Part shown: positions 54,113 through 64,000 of the stretch, one piece after another | Layout of the letters: each line of letters begins with the position of its first letter | Numbering within the stretch: the stretch's first letter is position 1 | Assembly (NCBI GenBank): GCA_963776395.1 | Contig: CAVZML010000006.1 | Location: forward strand, 488,986-552,985 | Origin: an uncultured Chloroflexia bacterium | GTDB taxonomy: Bacteria > Chloroflexota > Limnocylindria > Limnocylindrales > CSP1-4 | DNA length: 64,000 nt | Reading direction: 5' to 3' | Notes under the pieces: generated by a model | What the model saw: only the letters and a program-made list of their open reading frames with translations | What the model was told of the DNA's origin: nothing | The model's database searches: none | Program-made: the position numbers and the translations under genes

Positions 54113-55055
54113 ATGAGCACACACTCGCTTCGGGGACGCGATCTCGTCAGCGCCGCCGACCTGTCGGCGGCCGAGATCGTGGGGCTGTTCGGCCGCGCCA
54201 CGGAGCTCAAGGCCGAGTACCTGGCCGAGCGCCGGCACGCGAACCCGCCGCTGGAGCGGCGCACGCTCGCGATGCTGTTCCAGAAGCCGAGCCTCCGGAC
54301 ACGGGTCACGTTCGAGGCCGGGATGACCCAGCTCGGCGGCCATGCGATCTACCTCACCGAGGGCGTCGTCCTCGGCGGGCGGGAGACCGTCGGCGACGTG
54401 GCGCGCAACCTCGAGCGCTTCGTCGACGGCATCATGGCCCGGACCGGTCCCCACGAGGTCGTGGCGGAGCTGGCCGCCCGGGCCTCGATCCCGGTGATCA
54501 ACGGGCTGACCATCCGGGAGCACCCCTGCCAGGCCCTGGCGGACCTGTTCACCCTCCACGAGCGGCTCGGGGACCTGCGGGGGACCGTGCTCGCCTTCGT
54601 CGGCGACGGCAACAACGTCTACCATTCGCTGGCGCTGATGGGTGCCACCCTCGGCATGGAGGTCCGCCTCGCGCACCCGGTCGGGTACGGCCCGAACGAG
54701 CGGGTCGTCGCGCGAGCGACGCGAGATCGCGTCGGCCGCCGGCGGGCGCCTCGCCTTCACCGGCGACCCGCGCGAGGCGGTCGAGGGGGCCGCCGTCGTC
54801 TATACCGACGCGTGGACGTCGATGGGCCAGGAGGCCGAGGCGGAAGAGCGCCGTGACGCCTTCGCCCCGTTCCAGGTGAACCGGGACCTGCTCGCGATCT
54901 CGCCCGACGCGCTCGTGATGCACTGCCTCCCGGCCCATCGCGGCGAGGAGATCACGTCCGACGTGATGGACGGACCGCGGAGCATCATCTTCGACCAGTC
55001 GGAGAACCGGCTGCACGCCCAGAAGGCGCTCCTGGTCGAGCTGCTCGGCGGCTGA
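54113..55055 (+). pseudogene. argF: Ornithine carbamoyltransferase, frame-disrupted as sequenced
   Basis: SLRTRVTFE, carbamoyl-phosphate site and HPCQALADL lie in frame 1. [17 protein letters not shown]...DAWTSMGQE...[10 protein letters not shown]...[10 protein letters not shown] lies in the +1 frame. The break is near 54719. Confidence 0.88.
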
Positions 55056-55089
55056 CCGGACGAGGGGGAGGGGCGAAGGCCACCGCGGG

Positions 55090-56284
<1,195 letters not shown>

Positions 56285-56354
56285 TCGCGACCGGGCCCGG
56301 GTCGGGCCGCGGATTGGGGAGCCGCCCCGAACCCGGTGTTACACTCGCCAGAGG

Positions 56355-57289
56355 ATGCCCCAGTTCGTCGAATCGCTCGTCCGGCAGATCACGCCGGCGA
56401 CTGTCCTCGACATCGCGATCACGGCGCTGTTCATCTACTGGGTGTTCAGCCTGATCCGCGGCACGCGCGCCGTCACCCTGGTCATCGGCGTGACCATCCT
56501 GTTCGGCATCTATGCCCTCGCCCAGTTCCTGGAGCTCCGCCTGTTCACGCAGATCCTCCAGGCCGGCGCCGTCGTGGGCCTGTTCGCGCTTGTCGTCGTC
56601 TTCCAGCCGGAGCTGCGCCGCGCCCTTGAGCGGATCGGCCGGGTCGGCACGGTCGGCCGGATCTTCGCCCCCGCCGCCCAGCGCCAGATCGAGCACGTCG
56701 CCCGCGAGGTCGCCAAGGCCGCCGGCATGATGTCGCACGACGGGCCACGGCGCCCTGATCGTGCTGGAGCGCGAGACCGGCCTCGAGGAGATCGCCGAGT
56801 CCGGCGTGATGGTCCACGCCGACCTGTCGCACGAGCTCCTGTGCACGATCTTCATGCCCCGCACCGAGCTCCACGACGGCGCCGTCATCATCCGCGGCGA
56901 TCCCGTGCTCGCCGCTGCCGCCCTCCTTCCGCTCACCGAGATGACGCTCTCGGAGCGGTTCGGCACGCGTCATCGCGCCGCGCTCGGGATCACCGAGGAC
57001 ACGGACGCGGTCGCCGTCGTCGTCTCCGAGGAGAACGGCCAGATGAGCGTGGTGGAGCGGGCGAGGATCGTGCGGGTCCCCTCGGAGGCACAGCTCGAGC
57101 GGGCGCTCGTCGCCCTGCTCGAGGCCCCGTCGGTCCCGGGCGCCCTCGGCCGCGGCGGGCCGCGGCGGGCGACGGCCGGGCGGCCGGTTCCGCATCGCAC
57201 GCCGCCGGAGCCGGAGCGAGGCGCGGCCCGCCTCCGGGTCCGAGCCCCCGGGCGAGGAGGGCGCGGCCGCCGCCGTGCCGAACGGGTGA
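56355..57289 (+). pseudogene. cdaA: Diadenylate cyclase CdaA (c-di-AMP synthase), frame-disrupted as sequenced; 3' end uncertain
   Basis: Three N-terminal TM helices, then DAC domain HGALIVLERETGLEE...LHDGAVIIRG...GTRHRAALGITEDTDAVAVVVSEENG in the +1 frame. The break is at GGGCC 56742-56746. Confidence 0.85.
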
Positions 57290-58629
57290 ACGCGCGTCGC
57301 GTGTTCCGCCGCACCGGACGGACGATCGTCCACAACTGGCCGCTCAAGCTGGGGGCGGTCGTGCTGGCCACCCTCCTGTACGCGGGTTTCGTCGCGTCGC
57401 AGGACAGCAACACGTATCCAGGTCCAATCGCCATCAAGCCCGTCAACCAGCCGGACGGGACGGTCATCACCAACCAGCTGCGCGACGTCGAGCAGGTCCA
57501 GTACATCGCCCCGGGCGACCTCGGCCGCCTCCGGGCCGACGACTTCCGGGCGACCGTGGACCTGGAGAACGTCAAGCCGGACGGCAACCCGGTGAGCCTG
57601 CGGGTCAACGTCACGGCCGTCGATCCCCGCGTGACGATCCTCGAGGTGAGGCCCCGGACGATCCAGGTGGTCCTCGACCAGAAGGTGAGCAAGACGATCA
57701 AGGTCGTGGTGACCCAGTCGGATCCGCCGCCCGGCCTCCAGGTGGGCCCGGCAACGGTCACGCCGGCCCAGGTCGTGGTCACGGGTCCATCAGCCGCCGT
57801 CAACCAGGTCGTCAACGCCCGCGTCACGGCCACGATCGATGGCAGCGGCGTCAACGTGGACCGGGACGTCAGGCCCGACGCGGTGGATGCGGCCGGGGAG
57901 ATCGTCACGGGGGTCGACCTGGATCCGGCCGTCGTGCACGTCACGATCCCCGTGTACACCAACCTCGAGAACCGGACGCTGCCGGTCAATCCGATCGTCA
58001 CCGGCACGCCCGCCGCGGGTTTCCGGATCGGGTCGGTGGAGGTCGATCCGCTCGTCGTGTCGGTGGAGGGCGACCAGGCCCAGCTGCAGGTGCTCGTCGC
58101 GGCGGACACCGCCCCGGTGCCCGTCTCGGGGGCCACCAGGGACATCAGCAGCGAGGTCGCCTACTCGCTGCCGACCGGCGTGACCGTCATCGGCGACCAG
58201 ACGGCGACGGTGACGGTCCACATCGAGGCCGTGACCGAGACCCGCACGTTCGTGGCTGGGATCCGCCTGGCGGGCCAGCGAGCCGGCCTCGACTACGACG
58301 TGTCGGACTCGCGCGTGCTCCTGACGCTGTTCGGCTCGACCGCCGATCTCGACCGCCTCGGCGCGTCACCGCTCGTCATCGCGATCAACGTCGCCGACCT
58401 CGGCCCGGGGACGCACGAGGTGCCGGTCGTCCCGTCGGTGCCATCGGCGGTGACCGTGGCCGCCGTCTCACCCGAGACCGTCACCGTGACGGTCGGCCAG
58501 CCGCCGACGGCCGCTCCGTCGCCCACCCTGACCCCGGCCGCGTCCACCGTCCCGACAGCGTCGGCCTCGCCCGTCTCCCACCCCCTGACGCCCACGCGTC
58601 CGGACCCCACCCCTCGAGGAGCCCAATGA
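57286..58629 (+). CDS. cdaR: CdaA regulatory protein CdaR (YbbR-domain repeats)
   Basis: NWPLKLGAVVLATLLYAGF anchor followed by repeated YbbR-like beta domains and a Pro/Thr/Ala tail. GTG 57286 lies in a GTGA overlap motif, in the same frame as upstream cdaA. Confidence 0.8.
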   Translation: MNARRVFRRTGRTIVHNWPLKLGAVVLATLLYAGFVASQDSNTYPGPIAIKPVNQPDGTVITNQLRDVEQVQYIAPGDLGRLRADDFRATVDLENVKPDGNPVSLRVNVTAVDPRVTILEVRPRTIQVVLDQKVSKTIKVVVTQSDPPPGLQVGPATVTPAQVVVTGPSAAVNQVVNARVTATIDGSGVNVDRDVRPDAVDAAGEIVTGVDLDPAVVHVTIPVYTNLENRTLPVNPIVTGTPAAGFRIGSVEVDPLVVSVEGDQAQLQVLVAADTAPVPVSGATRDISSEVAYSLPTGVTVIGDQTATVTVHIEAVTETRTFVAGIRLAGQRAGLDYDVSDSRVLLTLFGSTADLDRLGASPLVIAINVADLGPGTHEVPVVPSVPSAVTVAAVSPETVTVTVGQPPTAAPSPTLTPAASTVPTASASPVSHPLTPTRPDPTPRGAQ

Positions 58630-59962
58630 CCCGCCTCTTTGGCACGGACGGCATCCGCGGTGCCGCGAACGTGGACCTCCGCCCCTCCCTGGCGTTCGCG
58701 CTCGGGCGCGCGACCGCGCATCGGGTCGTCGGCGCAGGTGGCTCGCTCGTCGTGGGCCAGGACACGCGCCGCTCCGGCGACATGTTCATCGCGGCCATCA
58801 CGGCGGGCGCTACCAGCATGGGTGTCGACGTGCACAGCGTCGGGGTCGTGCCGACCCCGGCGCTCGCCTATCTCGCGGGTACGGGCGCGTTCGCGGCGGG
58901 GATCATGGTGTCGGCCTCGCACAACCCTGCGGAGGACAACGGCCTGAAGGTCCTCGACCCGTCCGGGCTGAAGCTGGACGACGACCTCGAGGACGAGCTG
59001 GAGGCGCTGGTGCTCCGCGCGGACGAGCTGCCCGGCGTCCCGCCCGCGCAGATCGGACGGGCCGTTGACGCCGTGGCGCTCCTCGGGCGGTACGTCGACC
59101 ATCGGACGTCGCTGGCCCGGGCGGTGCCCGCGCCCGGCCTTCACGTCGTCCTCGACGCGGCGAACGGGGCGGCCAGCCGCGTCGGCCCCGACGATCCTGC
59201 GGGCCACGGGCGCCCGGGTCACCGTGATCCACGACACGCCCGACGGGGACAACATCAATCGCGGCTGCGGCGCAACCGATCCGGCGTCCCTGATGGACGC
59301 GGTCCGGGCGAACGAGGCGGACGTGGGGTTCGCCCTTGACGGGGACGCGGACCGCTGCGTTGCCGTCGATGCGGCCGGGCGCCTCGTGGACGGGGACCAG
59401 GTCCTCGGGATCCTGGCGCTCGAGCGGCTCGCCCGCGGCGCGCTCGACCGTGGCAGCCTCGTAGTGTCGGTTCTCTCGAACGGCGGCCTGCAGCAGGCCG
59501 TGGAGGCGGCCGGCGGGCGCCTGGTCCGGACCCCGGTCGGCGACAAGCACATCCTCGCCGCGATGCTGGTCTCGGGGGCGGGCCTCGGCGGCGAGAAGAG
59601 CGGTCACGTCATCATCCGGGAGCACACGACGTCGGGAGACGGGATCGTGACGGCCCTGGAGCTGCTGCGCGTGATGACGACTGCCGGCGACCGGGCTGGC
59701 CGAGCTGGCGACCAGCATCCCGCTGCTGCCCCAGCAGCAGCGGGCCATCCGGGTTCGGCACCGCGACCAGTGGGAGGCGGACGACGTCCTGCGGCGCGCG
59801 ATCGCCGACGCCGAGGCCAGGCTGGCGCCCCACGGCCGGATCCTCGTCCGTCCCTCGGGCACCGAGCCCGTGCTGCGGGTGATGGTCGAGGGCATCGACG
59901 CCGCCGACGTCGCCGCGATCGCCGATGAGATCGCGGCCCTCGCAGGCGAGCGTCTACACTAG
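58626..59962 (+). pseudogene. glmM: Phosphoglucosamine mutase, frame-disrupted twice as sequenced
   Basis: MTRLFGTDGIRG...MVSASHNPAEDNGLK, then ...PTILRATGARVTVIHDTPDG...GFALDGDADR, then ...[13 protein letters not shown]...[16 protein letters not shown], in three successive frames. Breaks are at C4 59186-59189 and G3 59693-59695. Confidence 0.9.
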
Positions 59963-60010
59963 CCCGGCCGCGGCGGGCCGCGGCCGTCCCGAAGGAGAAC
60001 CTGAAGCGGC

Positions 60011-61840
<1,830 letters not shown>

Positions 61841-61843
61841 GGG

Positions 61844-62443
61844 ATGACACCCGGCGACCCGGACGGGGATCCGCGCCTGCCGGCCGACCTCGTGCCCGTG
61901 GGGACGACGGAGCTCGGCATCGACATCATCAAGGTCGAGCGGATCCAGGCCGCACTCGCGCGGTTCGGCGAGCGTTTCTCGCGCCGCGTGCTCACGGACC
62001 GCGAACGACGCTATGTCCGGGACCGCCCGGAGACGTTCGCCGGCCGCTGGGCCGCCAAGGAGGCCGTCTCGAAGGTCCTCGGCCTGGGCGTCCGCGGGAT
62101 CGGCTGGAAGGACATCGAGGTCGAGCGGCTGCCGACGGGGCAGCCGGCCGTGAGCCTGCACGGGCGCGCGGCGCAGCGGGCCGAGCAGCTCGGCATGGGC
62201 CGCATCGCCCTGTCCATCACGCACGAGTCCGACTACGCCGTCGCGATCGCGTTCGGTGTGCGCACGGCCGGTGGGCGGTACGTCTTCCCGCTGGACATCG
62301 ACGAGCGCCTGGACGACCGGGAGCGCCTGCTGCTCGGCCGCCTGGAGCGCATGCGTGCGCTCCACGAGCGCACCCGTGCCCTGGCCGCCGAGGTGGGACC
62401 CAGGGACGGGGACCTCGACGACCCCGGGGACGGACGTGGCTGA
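61844..62443 (+). CDS. acpS: Holo-[acyl-carrier-protein] synthase with about 65-aa C-terminal extension
   Basis: LGIDIIKVERI...FAGRWAAKEAVSKVLG...LSITHESDYAVA. Confidence 0.85.
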   Translation: MTPGDPDGDPRLPADLVPVGTTELGIDIIKVERIQAALARFGERFSRRVLTDRERRYVRDRPETFAGRWAAKEAVSKVLGLGVRGIGWKDIEVERLPTGQPAVSLHGRAAQRAEQLGMGRIALSITHESDYAVAIAFGVRTAGGRYVFPLDIDERLDDRERLLLGRLERMRALHERTRALAAEVGPRDGDLDDPGDGRG

Positions 62444-63515
62444 CCGGCCGGTCGGCTTCGGCAGACGGGAGGCTGCCGTCGACCCGGGCGGCCCGAGCCT
62501 GCCCGAGGGCACGGCCCGCCTCGACGACGAGTCGATCGCGCGCCTCCTGCCCGAGCGCCCGAAGCGCGGCCACAAGGGAACGTTCGGCAAGCTGCTGGTC
62601 ATCGCCGGGTCGCTGGACTACGCGGGCGCCGCGCTTCTCGTGTGTCGTGCGGCCGGGCGCGCGGGCGCGGGCCTGGTGACGCTCGCCGTGCCGGAGTCGC
62701 TCCAGCCGCTGTTCGCGGCCAAGGTCGTGGAGGCGACCACGATGGCCCTGCCCGAGGACGACGTCGAGGAGGTGGACCCCGAGCCCGCCCTCGCGAAGGT
62801 CCTGGACCACGAGCATGACGCCCTGGTGATCGGGCCCGGGCTCCGACCGAGCCTCGCGACGGCCGACCTGCTGCGCCTGATCCTGACGGTGCCCGAGGAC
62901 CCTGCCGGCGCGCCCGCCGTGCTCGACGCGGAGGCCCTGCGGACGCTGGCGGCCGTGGACGAATGGTGGACGCTTGTCACCCGGCCGTGTGTCCTGACGC
63001 CCCACGCCGGTGAGTTCGCCCGGCTCCGGACCGGGAGCGAGCACGACCCGGGCGCCGACGGCGACCTGAACGAGGACGACGCGGCCCGGGTGCGGTCCGC
63101 CGCGGCCGCGGCGGCCGAGTGGCGGCAGGTGGTCGTGCTCAAGGGCGCGAACACGGTCATCGCCGCACCCGACGGCTCGGTGTCGATCGCCCCGTTCGAG
63201 AACCCGGCGATGGCCTCCGGCGGCACGGGTGACGTGCTCGCCGGGACGATCGGCGCGCTGCTGGCCCAGGGCCTGGCGCCGTACGACGCGGCCCGCCTCG
63301 GCGTCTACCTCCACGGCCTGGCCGGCGACGCGGTCCGCGAGCGCATCGGCGATGCAGGGCTGCTGGCCTCGGACCTCACCGAAGCCCTGCCGCTCGGTCG
63401 CCGGCGCCTGGCCCGCCTCGCCGAGCGCCAGCGATCCGGCCGCAGGCTCGGGTTCGGGGCACTCGACACGGCCGCCCCCGGTGCGCCCGCGGCACCGGCG
63501 GGCGACCCCGGATGA
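62436..63515 (+). CDS. nnrD: ADP/ATP-dependent NAD(P)H-hydrate dehydratase (YjeF C-terminal domain type)
   Basis: HKGTFGKLLVIAGSLDYAGAALL...VLKGANTVIAAPDG...GGTGDVLAG. GTG 62436 overlaps the acpS stop; the listed ORF extends upstream in an overlap. Confidence 0.85.
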   Translation: MADRPVGFGRREAAVDPGGPSLPEGTARLDDESIARLLPERPKRGHKGTFGKLLVIAGSLDYAGAALLVCRAAGRAGAGLVTLAVPESLQPLFAAKVVEATTMALPEDDVEEVDPEPALAKVLDHEHDALVIGPGLRPSLATADLLRLILTVPEDPAGAPAVLDAEALRTLAAVDEWWTLVTRPCVLTPHAGEFARLRTGSEHDPGADGDLNEDDAARVRSAAAAAAEWRQVVVLKGANTVIAAPDGSVSIAPFENPAMASGGTGDVLAGTIGALLAQGLAPYDAARLGVYLHGLAGDAVRERIGDAGLLASDLTEALPLGRRRLARLAERQRSGRRLGFGALDTAAPGAPAAPAGDPG

Positions 63516-64000
63516 GCGAGGCCGCCTCCGCGACGCCGCGGCCTCGGCCGATCGAGGAGCGCGTGCGGGCGGCCGGCCTCGCCCCGCTGCCCCGGACCGC
63601 GTGGCTCGAGATCGACCTGGACGCTCTCCGGGTCAACCTCGCCGTGATCCGGGAGGTGGTCGGCCCGCGGGTGCGCGTGGAGCCCGTCGTCAAGGCGGAT
63701 GCGTACGGCCACGGCGCGGTCCCTGTCTCGCGTGCCCTCGAGGCGGCGGGGGCCGACGGGCTGTCGGTCGCCACCCTGGACGAGGCGTTCGAGCTGCGCG
63801 AGGCCGGCATCTCCGCGCCGCTGCTGGTGATCTACCCGGTGCCGCCCGAGCACGCGGCCCCGGCCGCGCGCGCCCGTGTCGCGGTGAGCGTCGGTGCCGG
63901 AAGGCTCCTGGACCGGCTCCTCGCGGCAGCCGCCAGGACGGCAGCGGACGACCCGCGGGCGCCCGCCCTCGAGATCCACGTCGAGATCGAGACGGGCCTC
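63512..64000 (+). CDS. alr: Alanine racemase, N-terminal part (runs off the window)
   Basis: Hand translation from ATG 63512: ...AWLEIDLDALRVNL...VVKADAYGHG (PLP-lysine motif). ATGA overlap with the nnrD stop. Confidence 0.85.
   Translation, partial: MSEAASATPRPRPIEERVRAAGLAPLPRTAWLEIDLDALRVNLAVIREVVGPRVRVEPVVKADAYGHGAVPVSRALEAAGADGLSVATLDEAFELREAGISAPLLVIYPVPPEHAAPAARARVAVSVGAGRLLDRLLAAAARTAADDPRAPALEIHVEIETGL

Noticed and set aside
59963-60010. glmS ribozyme/riboswitch upstream of glmS; also the GC palindrome CGGCCGCGGC-GG-GCCGCGGCCG as a terminator.
   Set aside because: The spacer is only 48 nt, too short for a glmS ribozyme. The palindrome has no U-tract and sits within an apparent glmM-glmS operon, so I did not call it a terminator.

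Overview
The window is a very GC-rich (about 70% by eye, not computed) stretch of core chromosome, almost all on the + strand. It holds the 3' part of an rRNA operon (tRNA-Ile/tRNA-Ala spacer, 23S, 5S). A conserved housekeeping block follows: LysM protein, fpg, rpsA, clpC, radA, PIN/TRAM, ispDF, cysS, rlmB. Next is the full translation/transcription super-operon: tRNA-Thr x2, tuf, rpmG, tRNA-Trp, secE, nusG, rplKAJL, rpoBC, rpsLG, fusA, a second tuf, the S10/spc/alpha operons, truA, rplM and rpsI. The window ends with argF, a TPR protein, cdaA-cdaR-glmM-glmS, acpS, nnrD and the start of alr. Gene order is Firmicutes/Terrabacteria-like, while the GC content and an enlarged 23S point to a high-GC Gram-positive-type lineage; this is inference only. 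I see no CRISPR array, transposase, integrase, prophage or defence island, so I cannot support a new multi-gene system here. Four signals are not explained by ordinary annotation. (1) A ~75-nt intergenic element occurs three times in the same orientation next to ribosomal-protein operons, with compensatory base changes in a 6-bp helix. (2) At least nine single-base frame disruptions hit otherwise well-conserved, partly essential genes (fpg, rlmB, rplJ, argF, TPR, cdaA, glmM x2). Eight sit in G/C mononucleotide runs of 2-5 nt and six cluster at 54.7-59.7 kb, so they are most likely sequence errors rather than biology. (3) Two tuf copies are nucleotide-identical over about 1.2 kb. (4) Several housekeeping proteins carry unusual low-complexity or repeat extensions and insertions: S1, RlmB, beta-prime, L24 and S12. 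Start codons were chosen by eye from N-terminal family resemblance and Shine-Dalgarno context. No searches or folding programs were run.
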